Shown: one piece after another, positions 18,141-27,410 of the stretch | Position numbering within the stretch: the stretch's first letter is position 1 | How the letters are laid out: the number at the start of each line of letters is the position of its first letter | Origin: Patescibacteria group bacterium | GTDB taxonomy: Bacteria > Patescibacteriota > Minisyncoccia > Phycocordibacterales > UBA1550 | Direction: 5' to 3' | Assembly: GCA_038063615.1 (NCBI GenBank) | Contig: JBBTUT010000003.1 | Location: 1,352-65,351, forward strand | DNA: 64,000 nt | Made by a program: the position numbers and the translations under genes | The notes under the pieces: generated by a model | The model's database searches: none | What the model saw: the letters and a program-made list of their open reading frames with translations, nothing else | Told to the model about the DNA's origin: nothing

Positions 18141-19202
18141 ATGGACGATAACGCACGAAAATTTGACCACCGAGTAAAAAACCCCGAGCCCCATATCGTG
18201 GCGCTTTTGGCAGCGATAGACGAAGCGCGCGGCGTTTTCCGCGTTGGCGTTCGTATGACCCCGCAGGCAATCAGCACCCTCCGAAGGTCGATACTGGTGA
18301 CATCGGCCGGCGCATCGACTCGTATTGAAGGGTCGAAACTTTCAGATGAGGAGGTAAAGAAGATTATGCAGGGGCTCTCGATCTCAAAGTTTGCCGATCG
18401 TGATTCCCAAGAAGTGCAGGGGTACCTTGAGACGCTCCAAAATGTTTTCGACAGTTTTCAAACATTAGCACTTCGAGAAAGTACCATCCAAGCACTCCAC
18501 AAAGAGCTTCTCAAGTATTCAACCAAAGACGATCTTCATAGAGGCGAGTACAAAAAGAAAGAAAACATCGTTGGTGTCTTCGGCGAAGACGGCAAAGTTG
18601 CACGCATCGTATTTGAAACTACTCTTGCATGGCAAACACCCGCAGAGATGACCGAGCTCGTAGAGTGGACGCACGAGGCACTCGAAAAGAAACGATTTCA
18701 TCCGCTGCTCATTATCGGCAATTTTCTTATAGAATTTCTCAAGATTCATCCATTTGAAGATGGCAACGGGCGCCTCTCTCGCGTACTCACCAATATGCTT
18801 CTTCTTCGATCTGGTTATACATTTGTGCAGTTCGTTTCGCATGAGCAACTTGTCGAGAAGCGCAAGGATGAATACTATCTCGCACTGCGTGAGTCCCAGA
18901 AAACATTTAAAACGGAGAGCGAATCGATCGCGCCGTGGCTCAATTTCTTTTTGTCTATCGTAAAAGAACAAGCAACCAAAGCACTGGCACTTGTGGACAA
19001 GGAGCATGAAGAAGGCTTGTCGCCGAAGCAAAACGAGGTGCTTCAATTCTTTGCGTCGGTACCCGAAGCAAGCCCCGCCGAAATTGCGGCCGCAACTGGT
19101 ATGATTATTGTCACAGTGAGAAAATCGCTCGAACGGCTTCTTGAGCTTGGGAAAGTGAAGCGCATCGGTCGCGGGAGAGGAACGCGGTATGTGAGGATTT
19201 AA
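18141..19202 (+). CDS. Fic/DOC family protein (AMPylase-type) with C-terminal winged-helix
   Basis: Canonical Fic motif HPFEDGNGRLSRVLTNMLL. Confidence 0.85.
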   Translation: MDDNARKFDHRVKNPEPHIVALLAAIDEARGVFRVGVRMTPQAISTLRRSILVTSAGASTRIEGSKLSDEEVKKIMQGLSISKFADRDSQEVQGYLETLQNVFDSFQTLALRESTIQALHKELLKYSTKDDLHRGEYKKKENIVGVFGEDGKVARIVFETTLAWQTPAEMTELVEWTHEALEKKRFHPLLIIGNFLIEFLKIHPFEDGNGRLSRVLTNMLLLRSGYTFVQFVSHEQLVEKRKDEYYLALRESQKTFKTESESIAPWLNFFLSIVKEQATKALALVDKEHEEGLSPKQNEVLQFFASVPEASPAEIAAATGMIIVTVRKSLERLLELGKVKRIGRGRGTRYVRI

Positions 19203-19294
19203 ATTTATGACATCATTTTGGGAATTTAGTATAGGGGATGAATGTGGGAATCCAGTAGTTCATTATTGGTTCAAAAAGTGGTAGGATTACAAAA

Positions 19295-20251
19295 ATGGAA
19301 AAGAAATCTTTAAATAAAAACTTGCACAAGGCAAGCGCTGAAAAGAAAGACGAGTTTTACACTCAACTCGCTGATGTTGAAAAGGAACTCAGGCACTACA
19401 AAGACCAATTTCGTGGTAAGGTGGTATTTTGTAATTGTGATGATCCAAGAGAAAGCAACTTTGTTAAATATTTCAGTACAAATTTTGAACATTTGGGGCT
19501 GAAGAAATTAATCGCAACGCATTACAAAGATGCAAATTTGTTTACAAGGGAGACACCATATAAACTAGTGTACGCTGGCGACAAGAACGGGAATCGCATG
19601 CCTGATACGGATGAGTTTATGACCGAAATGATCGGCACGGGCGATTTCCGTAGCGAGGAATGTATTGAATTACTCAAAGAAGCCGATATAGTAGTAACCA
19701 ACCCACCATTTTCTTTGTTTCGTGAGTATGTCGCACAGCTGATGGAATACAATAAAAAGTTTTTGATTCTTGGCAATCAGAATGCCATTACATACAAGGA
19801 TACATTTAAGCTTATTAAAGAAAACAAATTGTGGCTGGGTTATGACAATGGTGGCACAAAGTGGTTTCAGGTTCCTGTGGGCTATGACATACAAACCGAA
19901 TCGAGAATAAAAGTCGAAAATGGTATTAAGTTTTTCAGCATGGGTAGCATAGTATGGTTTACAAACCTAGACACCACAAAGCGCCATGAAAAATTAGTGC
20001 TTTACAAAAAATACACGCCTGAAGAATACCCTAATTACGATTACCAAGACATTATAGAGGTTTCAAAAGTAGCAGAAATACCATTTGACTACGATGGAAC
20101 GATGGCGGTCCCGAAAACTTTTATTGATAAATATAACCCAAAACAATTTGAGTTGTTGGGTTTTTTGAACGGTGGTGGCAAGGACGAGACAGTACTAAGT
20201 AAACATCCATTCGCGAGAATCTTAATAAGAAATAAGGAAATAAAAAAATAA
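19295..20251 (+). CDS. N6-adenine DNA methyltransferase (gamma-class, NPPF motif IV)
   Basis: DEFYTQ motif-X-like N-terminus. IVVTNPPFSLF catalytic motif. AT-rich (about 36% GC). Confidence 0.6.
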   Translation: MEKKSLNKNLHKASAEKKDEFYTQLADVEKELRHYKDQFRGKVVFCNCDDPRESNFVKYFSTNFEHLGLKKLIATHYKDANLFTRETPYKLVYAGDKNGNRMPDTDEFMTEMIGTGDFRSEECIELLKEADIVVTNPPFSLFREYVAQLMEYNKKFLILGNQNAITYKDTFKLIKENKLWLGYDNGGTKWFQVPVGYDIQTESRIKVENGIKFFSMGSIVWFTNLDTTKRHEKLVLYKKYTPEEYPNYDYQDIIEVSKVAEIPFDYDGTMAVPKTFIDKYNPKQFELLGFLNGGGKDETVLSKHPFARILIRNKEIKK

Positions 20252-20252
20252 C

Positions 20253-21344
20253 ATGAAAATTGAACTTCATCGAATTTCTGTGCGCGAAGTTATTGTCGGC
20301 TACAAGGATAGTGCTGAAGAGGGCGTTGTAGCTTATGGTGGCAAACTCGATATTCGCCCAAAATATCAACGCGAATTTGTTTATAACGGCAAACAGCGCG
20401 ACGCTGTTATTGAGACAATTAAAAATGGTTTTCCGCTCAATGTGATGTATTGGGTTAAAACCGATGAGGGCAATTACGAAGTTTTAGACGGACAGCAACG
20501 CACTATTAGCATAGGACAATATATAAATGGTGATTTCTCATTAAATAATTTCAATTTTCATAACTTGACGGATGAAGAGCAAAAACAAATTTTGGATTAT
20601 GAATTGATGATTTATTTCTGCGAGGGTAATGATAGGGAAAAATTGAACTGGTTCAAAATCATCAACATTGCTGGAGAGAAACTGACCGAACAAGAATTGC
20701 GCAATGCGGTATATACTGGCCCATGGCTTTCTGACGCAAAGCTTAAATTCAGTAAATCAAGCTGCGCGGCGTACCTTTTAGCACACGACGGCGGGCAGTT
20801 AGTGAGTGGATCTCCCATCCGTCAAGAATATTTGGAGACCGCGCTTTCGTGGATCAATGATGGCAAAATAGAAGATTACATGGCAAAGCATCAGCATGAC
20901 ACGAACGCCGATGAATTGTGGAACTATTTCCAAAATGTAATTGCATGGGTGCGAGCGACTTTTACGAATTACCGCCGAGAAATGAACAGTGTAAAGTGGG
21001 GCGAGCTGTACAACAAATTCAAAGACAAGAAACTGAATGCTGGCAAACTGGAAACCGAGATCAATGAGTTGATGCAAGACGAGGATGTGACGAAAAAATC
21101 CGGCATTTATCCGTATGTTTTGACGAGGCAGGAAAAATATCTTTCAATTCGCGCTTTTACCGAGAAGCAAAAGAGGGAAGTATACGAAAAACAAAAAGGC
21201 ATCTGCGTAAAATGCAAGAAACATTTTGGAATAGAAGAAATGGAAGCAGACCATATAACACCTTGGCATGAGGGAGGAAAAACAAATGCCAAAAATTGCC
21301 AAATGTTGTGTAAACAAGACAATCGCACCAAATCTGGAAAATAA
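20253..21344 (+). CDS. DUF262 (ParB/GmrSD-N-like, DGQQR motif) plus C-terminal HNH nuclease domain protein
   Basis: YEVLDGQQRTISI (DUF262). C-terminal CVKCKKH...ADHITPWHEGGKTNAKNCQMLCKQDN (HNH). Starts 2 nt after the methyltransferase stop. Confidence 0.75.
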   Translation: MKIELHRISVREVIVGYKDSAEEGVVAYGGKLDIRPKYQREFVYNGKQRDAVIETIKNGFPLNVMYWVKTDEGNYEVLDGQQRTISIGQYINGDFSLNNFNFHNLTDEEQKQILDYELMIYFCEGNDREKLNWFKIINIAGEKLTEQELRNAVYTGPWLSDAKLKFSKSSCAAYLLAHDGGQLVSGSPIRQEYLETALSWINDGKIEDYMAKHQHDTNADELWNYFQNVIAWVRATFTNYRREMNSVKWGELYNKFKDKKLNAGKLETEINELMQDEDVTKKSGIYPYVLTRQEKYLSIRAFTEKQKREVYEKQKGICVKCKKHFGIEEMEADHITPWHEGGKTNAKNCQMLCKQDNRTKSGK

Positions 21345-21390
21345 TATGACGAGTAGTCTTTTTGCAAAGGTAGAATATGAATTTTTGTCA

Positions 21391-21412
21391 TACTGGGTCA
21401 GGTACCCTTTCC
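21391..21412. repeat. REP-like element tactgggtcaggtaccctttcc
   Basis: Same GGTCAGGTACCCTTTCC core as the hairpins flanking the IS200-like transposase at 35024-35098. Confidence 0.6.
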
Positions 21413-21470
21413 TAAAATTGAATCCAAAAACTAAAATTAAAAATTTTGATGAGGCGGGGGCTGTGGTAGA

Positions 21471-22016
21471 ATGAAATGCATGAAGAATAACAGTGGTAAA
21501 ATTTCAAAGGAGAAGATTTTACCAAACATTGTTTTGAGGTATTATCATTCGCCACAGAAACGGAGTGATAATAAATTATCGGGAATTACTTGCGCCTTCT
21601 GTCTTGAAAAAAACATAATAAATATCGGCGGTGGTTTCCATGACAAAAAGGGTAAACCCCATCAGATTTGCGAAAAATGCGCGGTATGGCGATATCGAGA
21701 TGATAACGGGTTCCGTACTCTGTCCGCAGCAAAAGCGCGCCGCCGTAGAATATTTGATGTTGGGTATATATTTAACGAAATGGTGATTGATAGGTATATA
21801 AGCATAAAGGGTGTTAAAAATTACGATGCCTTACCCACTGGGGTTGCGGATGTGATTTTTATAGATGCTGCTAATCTTTACAACTATCTTTTTAGTAAGG
21901 AGGATAAAATTAGAATCGAAGAAATTGAGAGGCAGGATGAGATTGCGGACGAATTGCGAAAGAGGATTGAAATTATTGATTTCAAAAAATATTTTACCGA
22001 AAAAGGACTTTTGTGA
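21471..22016 (+). CDS. Hypothetical Cys4 zinc-ribbon protein
   Basis: CAFC...CEKC zinc-ribbon-like motifs. Preceded by TGTGGTAGAATGAAATG (-10-like TAGAAT abutting the ATG); first residues MKCM shared with ORF 24356. Confidence 0.45.
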   Translation: MKCMKNNSGKISKEKILPNIVLRYYHSPQKRSDNKLSGITCAFCLEKNIINIGGGFHDKKGKPHQICEKCAVWRYRDDNGFRTLSAAKARRRRIFDVGYIFNEMVIDRYISIKGVKNYDALPTGVADVIFIDAANLYNYLFSKEDKIRIEEIERQDEIADELRKRIEIIDFKKYFTEKGLL

Positions 22017-22063
22017 TGTAACTTGGTTTGACGATATGGCGTGGTACATGGTAGTATTGTTGC

Positions 22064-22192
22064 ATGAAACAGCAATTTACTGCAGTATATAAAAAGAGTG
22101 GAAAATGGTATCTTGGGTGGGTTGAGGAAATTTCCGGCGTGAATACACAAGGTCGTACACTTGCTGAAGCGCGCGAAAATCTTAATGAATAG
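22064..22192 (+). CDS. HicB-like (UPF0150) antitoxin-family small protein, possibly C-terminally truncated
   Basis: MKQQFTAVYKKSGKWYLGWVEEISGVNTQGRTLAEARENLNE fits the UPF0150/HicB consensus (...pGcvtqGetleEAlenl.ea). 42 aa, below the ORF-track cutoff. Stop immediately followed by a REP-like element. Confidence 0.5.
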   Translation: MKQQFTAVYKKSGKWYLGWVEEISGVNTQGRTLAEARENLNE

Positions 22193-22222
22193 GTGTCAGG
22201 TACCTTTGACTTGAATTTGAGC
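22191..22222. repeat. REP-like element aggtgtcaggtacctttgacttgaatttgagc
   Basis: Related to 24249-24290 and to the RAYT-flanking hairpins. Confidence 0.55.
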
Positions 22223-22253
22223 AGAATCTTCCCCGGCATGTTATAGTTGCTGT

Positions 22254-22517
22254 ATGGTAACTTTTACCAAACACGCGAAAGATAAGTTTGGAATTCTGAA
22301 AAAACATAAATTTTCAGTATCTGAGGAGCAGGTTTTGGCGACTGTTGCGATGCCTGACCTGATTGATCATTCTCGAATTCCGCTCTTGGTAGCTCAACGA
22401 AAAATTGACAGGAACCTTGTATTGAGGGTAGTATATAAGCAAGAAAGAGGAACCGTAAAGATAATCACATTTTATCCGGGGAAATCTAAACAATATAAAA
22501 ATGAAAACAAAAGATAA
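22254..22517 (+). CDS. DUF4258-like small protein (putative toxin component)
   Basis: FTKHAKDKF...SEEQV...RVVY...IITFYP pattern resembles DUF4258. Overlaps the next gene by 17 nt. Confidence 0.4.
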   Translation: MVTFTKHAKDKFGILKKHKFSVSEEQVLATVAMPDLIDHSRIPLLVAQRKIDRNLVLRVVYKQERGTVKIITFYPGKSKQYKNENKR

Positions 22518-22743
22518 AGCAAAAATTTCATACGAGCCGGAATCCGATGTTTTAATGTGGGAAATATCTGGCAGTTCTATCGATTATGCTAAAGAAATTG
22601 GCAATTTTGTAGTGCATTTTACAAAAAACAATGTACCCGTTTTGATCGAGATATTGGAGGCGAGTAAATTTTTGGCAAAGACAAAAAATGTCGTAGAGAA
22701 AGGGAGCAGTGTTTTTATAAAAAGACACGCTTTGGCGGTGTAG
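22501..22743 (+). CDS. DUF2283-like small protein (putative antitoxin partner of DUF4258)
   Basis: ISYEPESDVLMWEISGSSIDYAKEIGNFVVHFTKNNVPVLIEILEAS matches the DUF2283 consensus. Confidence 0.45.
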   Translation: MKTKDKAKISYEPESDVLMWEISGSSIDYAKEIGNFVVHFTKNNVPVLIEILEASKFLAKTKNVVEKGSSVFIKRHALAV

Positions 22744-22889
22744 ATTTTGCATAATTGGGACAGTCACGATTGTTTCGTAAATTATGTGGTGTAGTTTGGG
22801 TGCAAACTCAATGCAGGTTACTTTTGTAGCATTATAGTAGTCAATTTACTCAAGAGAGGTGGCGTTTTGTAAATCTCAAAGACGCAGGA

Positions 22890-24182
22890 TTAGCATAATT
22901 GCTCATACAGCTCGAGTTCCTCGCGCGGGTCGCTCCACTCGACTTCGTTGATATCAAATCGTGTTACATCAGAAAGCTCTTTGCGTACGGCATCATCCAC
23001 TTCATCAGGACCGTACCCCGCTTGCTCTGCCGTCCACCAGAGAGTCTCCTCATGTTCAGGATGTTTCTTGTCTTTGAGAATGTCCATTTTTTCATAGTAC
23101 CCAAAAAGTGCGCCGGAATCTTCGTATGGGCAACGATTCTTGCCTGCGAGAATATCCGGTACTTTCATACCATCAGTGCGTGGAAGTATTTTTTCAAGTG
23201 TGATCCTATGCCCCCAACCGTCTCCGAAGTCATACATATACCATACCGCGTCTTTTTCTTTTTTCAGAAAATCTGATATCCCCGTATTCCTTTCGTCGAG
23301 CGACGCCTTGTCAGAAAAAATTTCATCGTCCGGATGCGGAATCTTGATGCTTGTTGCGTCTCTGCTGGTATATGGCGAGCAATCAAAAAATTCATGCAAG
23401 TGATACCCGAACCACCCCATCGCGTCTTGAATGGCAACATGCAAATCAAAGAAAGAATATTCCTCAGGTACAATAATCCTGCGCCAAATGAGTGGCTTTG
23501 AGCCGGAAAGCTCTATTTTGAGTCGCAGAATATTATTGCCGGTAATATGCTTGGCGGGTTTTGCGTGCGCGACATCCGTTTGAGGAGCCATACTTTTTCT
23601 TCTTTGCTCCAATTGTTCTTCCACATGCCGCATTGTTTCTTCTGTCGCGAAAGCTTGCGCGAGTTTAGTCGCATCGCCACCTTCACCTTTTCTTATTAAC
23701 TCACACATCGCGCACCCACCACATCCTTCAAATTCGGAAGTAACGGAAAAATGGGGGGACCCCGATAACCACTCTTCGGCAATTTGACCCGCTTCGTCCG
23801 CGAGATATTGATGCCAGCCATGAACCCAGCCGTCAGTGTTTTCTTTCAGGTGTCTCTCCATGGCGCGCCAATTCCCTGAACTAAGCGCCTTCACTGCTCC
23901 GCGCGCTTCATCTCCAGATGCCATGACTGACAGAATATCAGCGATAAAGTCGCGCGCAATCTGGTCGCGATATTCGTCATTGAGATGCTCGACGAGAAAA
24001 TATTGTTTTGAGTTTCCAATTTTTATCACCCAGTCGTGTAAACCTTTTACTGAGGAAACCGCAACCAGTGTGCCAGTCTTTATGTCCAAGTATTGCTGCG
24101 GGTAATCCTCGGTGGCAAGAATCGCATCTACGACTGCCTCAATATCCACTCGAACTCGGTTGGGGAGATACCATGCGTCCAT
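22890..24182 (-). CDS. pRiA4b ORF-3-like domain protein (N-terminal UPF0158-like region)
   Basis: ILRLKIELSGSKPLIWRRIIVP ... FFDLHVAIQDAMGW ... YMYDFGDGWGHRITLE matches the PRiA4_ORF3 family pattern. Confidence 0.5.
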   Translation of the reverse strand: MDAWYLPNRVRVDIEAVVDAILATEDYPQQYLDIKTGTLVAVSSVKGLHDWVIKIGNSKQYFLVEHLNDEYRDQIARDFIADILSVMASGDEARGAVKALSSGNWRAMERHLKENTDGWVHGWHQYLADEAGQIAEEWLSGSPHFSVTSEFEGCGGCAMCELIRKGEGGDATKLAQAFATEETMRHVEEQLEQRRKSMAPQTDVAHAKPAKHITGNNILRLKIELSGSKPLIWRRIIVPEEYSFFDLHVAIQDAMGWFGYHLHEFFDCSPYTSRDATSIKIPHPDDEIFSDKASLDERNTGISDFLKKEKDAVWYMYDFGDGWGHRITLEKILPRTDGMKVPDILAGKNRCPYEDSGALFGYYEKMDILKDKKHPEHEETLWWTAEQAGYGPDEVDDAVRKELSDVTRFDINEVEWSDPREELELYEQLC

Positions 24183-24248
24183 AATGTTGATAGTATGCTC
24201 GTATCGTTCATAATAATCAAGGCTCTAGACTAGTTAACCTAGGGGGGA

Positions 24249-24290
24249 TAGGTGTCAGGAGATACTGGGTCAGAGACCTTTGACTCAAAA
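24249..24290. repeat. Composite REP-like element ataggtgtcaggagatactgggtcagagacctttgactcaaaac
   Basis: Contains both the aggtgtcagg (as at 22191) and gatactgggtcag (as at 21391) variants. Confidence 0.55.
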
Positions 24291-24295
24291 CTTCC

Positions 24296-24338
24296 AACGG
24301 CTCATTTCCGCCCATTTGAGCCGTTGGGGTTTTGTTGA
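24296..24338 (+). terminator. Hairpin caacggctca-tttccgcccattt-gagccgttgg plus ggttttgtt
   Basis: Perfect 10-nt stem plus U-tract. Confidence 0.55.
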
Positions 24339-24355
24339 GGTAAGTCTGTGGTAGA

Positions 24356-24544
24356 ATGAAATGTATGACAGAAGAAGAAATCGCGGTTAAACAACTATCG
24401 GAGGAATACGCAGGACTCTCTGATTTTTTATTGCGTGCGTCGTCTGATGAAAAGAAGAAAATAATCACTGAAGCGGCTCGTCGTGCGAACGAGGATCAGT
24501 TCGAGGTTTTTACTAAAGCAAGGCTTAAGATTGGGGCGAATTAG
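24356..24544 (+). CDS. Hypothetical small protein (62 aa)
   Basis: Preceded by TGTGGTAGAATGAAATG, identical to the module at 21460. Starts MKCM like ORF 21471. Followed by a conserved terminator-like element. Confidence 0.4.
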   Translation: MKCMTEEEIAVKQLSEEYAGLSDFLLRASSDEKKKIITEAARRANEDQFEVFTKARLKIGAN

Positions 24545-24617
24545 TGATATTGAGTGTTAGCCCCACACCCGCACAGACTAAGAATAGTATAATGATGTGC
24601 GGGCAAAAATAGGCAAA

Positions 24618-24680
24618 AGAAAAGGGCTCCTTAGGTAATTAGCCGTTCGGAACCCTTTTCGTCTGAATATACTCATACTA
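24618..24680. repeat. Conserved terminator-like element aaaagggctccttagg...ccgttcggaacccttttcgtctgaatatac (second copy at 53749-53815)
   Basis: About 60-nt similarity between the two copies, with aaaggg/cccttt stem. Confidence 0.65.
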
Positions 24681-24743
24681 CCAAAGGAGACGAGAAAGTC
24701 AAGTTTCACCTATTCGCTTGATGTGATAAGATAGAAGCACATT

Positions 24744-25379
24744 ATGATAGACAAAGAACACGACGAAAAAGACGAGGAAGTGGTGGGGGCGGAAGCTCCT
24801 GCGGGGGCTCTTGACACGCAGGAGGATGCTCTGTATAGTAGCGAGGCTCCGGAGATAAGTTTTGAGAGTGAAGAGGATTTGGAGAGTCCGGCGCTTGCGC
24901 TCAAGAAGTTGCGCGAGAAACTGAAGGGCTGCGAGAAAGAAAAGAAGGAATATCTCGATGGATGGCAGAGGATGCGCGCGGACTTTGCAAATGCGCGCAA
25001 AGAAGAAGAGACTCGTCGCGGAGAGATGATCAAGTTTGCGGCAGAAGGGCTCGTCGACGACTTGCTACCCGTGCTCGATAGCTTTTCGATGGCGTTTTCA
25101 AACAAAGAGGCATGGGAAAAAGTGGACGCAAACTGGCGCAAAGGGGTTGAATATATTTACGCGCAAATGTATTCTGTCCTCGAGTCGAGGGGGCTCACGG
25201 AGATTGGGAAAGTGGGCGAGCAGATCGATCCGCGACTCTATGTTGCCGTCGAGGAAATACCGGCGACAGAACCTTCTCAAGCGAATACGGTCGCGGAGGT
25301 TGTCCAAAAAGGGTATCGTCTTCACAGTAAAGTTATCCGTCCGGCAAAAGTGAAAGTGTTTGGTTCCGCGAAGCCGTAA
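24744..25379 (+). CDS. grpE: Nucleotide exchange factor GrpE
   Basis: Coiled-coil N-terminus. GrpE core (DGWQRMRADFANARKE ... GYRLHSKVIRPAKVKV). Confidence 0.85.
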   Translation: MIDKEHDEKDEEVVGAEAPAGALDTQEDALYSSEAPEISFESEEDLESPALALKKLREKLKGCEKEKKEYLDGWQRMRADFANARKEEETRRGEMIKFAAEGLVDDLLPVLDSFSMAFSNKEAWEKVDANWRKGVEYIYAQMYSVLESRGLTEIGKVGEQIDPRLYVAVEEIPATEPSQANTVAEVVQKGYRLHSKVIRPAKVKVFGSAKP

Positions 25380-25427
25380 AAATAATGTGTCGAAATTTAT
25401 TAAATAATTAATCATCACAACAACATC

Positions 25428-27332
25428 ATGGCAAAAATTTTAGGCATTGACTTGGGTACAACGAATTCAGCGGTCGCTATCATCGAAGGTGGTGAACCGC
25501 GCATCGTAGAAAATATAGAAGGCGCGCGCACGACGCCGTCCATTGTCGCTGTTTCAAAGAGCGGCGAGCGTTTGGTGGGACTTCTTGCAAAACGGCAAGC
25601 GGTGACCAATCCGCAGAATACGCTTTTTGGCATCAAGCGCATGATCGGGCATACATTTGAAGACGAGGGTGTCCAGCGCGATAAAAAGACCGCGCCGTTT
25701 GCCATTGACCGCTCGACGACCGGCGGGGTGATGGTGAAGATGGGCGACCGACAGTATCGTCCGGAAGAAATTTCCGCAATGGTCCTCCAGAAGCTCAAGG
25801 CGGACGCGGAGGCGAAGCTCGGCGAGAAGATCACCGAGGCGGTCATCACCGTGCCTGCATATTTCAACGACTCACAGCGCCAAGCGACCAAAGACGCGGG
25901 GCAGATTGCGGGCTTCGATGTAAAGCGCATCATCAACGAGCCTACGGCGGCTGCTCTCGCATATGGTTTTAATAAAAAGAAAGATGAGAAGATCGTCGTC
26001 TATGATTTCGGCGGAGGCACCTTTGATGTGTCGGTGCTTGAAGTGGGTGGTGATGTTATCGAAGTGAAATCGACCGATGGTGATGTACATATGGGAGGCG
26101 AGGATATCGACCAGAAGATCATCAAGCACATTGCGAGCGAATTCAAAAAGGAATCAGGCATCGATGTGTCGACCGATGTGATGGCGCTTCAGCGCTTGAA
26201 GGAGGCGGCGGAAAAGGCAAAGCACGAGCTTTCGACGACGACAGAATCGGAGATAAACATCCCATTCATCACTTCCGGCGCAGAGGGTCCAAAGCATCTC
26301 CTTATGAAGCTTTCTCGCGCAACTCTCGATGACCTCGCACGCGAATACATCGACAAATCGATCGAGATCACCAAGCGCGCCATCGCGGCGTCGCCGTTCA
26401 AAAAAGAAGACATCAACGAAATCATTATGGTCGGCGGACAGACCCGTATGCCCGCTATCGTGAATGCGGTGAAGGAGCTTTTCGGCAAGGAGCCAAATCG
26501 CTCGATCAACCCCGATGAAGTGGTGGCGATCGGCGCGGCTATTCAGGCGGGAATTTTGCAGGGTGATGTGAAAGATGTGCTCTTACTCGATGTCATCCCA
26601 CTCTCGCTCGGCATTGAAACATTTGGCAATGTCGCGACGAAGCTCATCGAAAAGAATACGACGATTCCCGCATCGCGCTCGCAGGTGTTCTCGACAGCGG
26701 CGGATAATCAAACATCAGTCGAAATCCATGTTGTGCAGGGTGAGCGCCCAATGGCACCGGACAACAAGTCTCTCGGCAGATTTATTTTGGACGGCATTCC
26801 GCCGGCACACCGCGGTATGCCGCAAGTGGAAGTCTCTTTCGATGTGGACGCAAACGGCATCTTGCAGGTAAAGGCAAAGGAAAAGACGACCGGCAAAGAG
26901 CAATCGATACGCATCGAGGCAAGCTCGGGCCTTTCAAAAGATGATATCGCGCGCATGCAAAAAGAGGCGGAGATGAACGCAGAGGAGGATGCGAAAAAAC
27001 GCGATACAGCGGAAACTAAAAATGTACTTGAGCAGATGGTGTACACTGCTGAAAAAGCGCTCCGCGACAATGGCGACAAAGTTTCTGCGGAGATCAAAAC
27101 AGCAGTGGAAGAAAAGCTTGCGAATGCAAAGACGGCAAGCACGGGCACCGATATTGACGCGATGAAGAAAGCATCCACGGAGCTTTCAGAAGAGCTTTCA
27201 AAAATCGGTGAAGCGATGATGAAGAGTGCTGAGGGCGCGAAACCGGAAGGCGCCGGTGAAAATCCCGAAGGAGGCGACGGGAAAGTGCATGATGCGGAGT
27301 ACCGCGACGGGGAGGACAAGAAAGACAATTAA
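25428..27332 (+). CDS. dnaK: Chaperone DnaK (Hsp70)
   Basis: [31 protein letters not shown] Hsp70 signatures. Confidence 0.95.
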   Translation: MAKILGIDLGTTNSAVAIIEGGEPRIVENIEGARTTPSIVAVSKSGERLVGLLAKRQAVTNPQNTLFGIKRMIGHTFEDEGVQRDKKTAPFAIDRSTTGGVMVKMGDRQYRPEEISAMVLQKLKADAEAKLGEKITEAVITVPAYFNDSQRQATKDAGQIAGFDVKRIINEPTAAALAYGFNKKKDEKIVVYDFGGGTFDVSVLEVGGDVIEVKSTDGDVHMGGEDIDQKIIKHIASEFKKESGIDVSTDVMALQRLKEAAEKAKHELSTTTESEINIPFITSGAEGPKHLLMKLSRATLDDLAREYIDKSIEITKRAIAASPFKKEDINEIIMVGGQTRMPAIVNAVKELFGKEPNRSINPDEVVAIGAAIQAGILQGDVKDVLLLDVIPLSLGIETFGNVATKLIEKNTTIPASRSQVFSTAADNQTSVEIHVVQGERPMAPDNKSLGRFILDGIPPAHRGMPQVEVSFDVDANGILQVKAKEKTTGKEQSIRIEASSGLSKDDIARMQKEAEMNAEEDAKKRDTAETKNVLEQMVYTAEKALRDNGDKVSAEIKTAVEEKLANAKTASTGTDIDAMKKASTELSEELSKIGEAMMKSAEGAKPEGAGENPEGGDGKVHDAEYRDGEDKKDN

Positions 27333-27410
27333 CATGTGACAATTGACATGTGACAAGGGCGAACCAGTATTTCGTCAATGGTCAAAAGTCAGTTGTCAAA
27401 TGTTCCCAGT

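Noticed and set aside
21865-22092. 75-aa ORF upstream of and overlapping the HicB-like ORF, checked as a possible HicA
   Set aside because: No HicA/YcfA-like motif. Overlaps the end of the zinc-ribbon gene in another frame.
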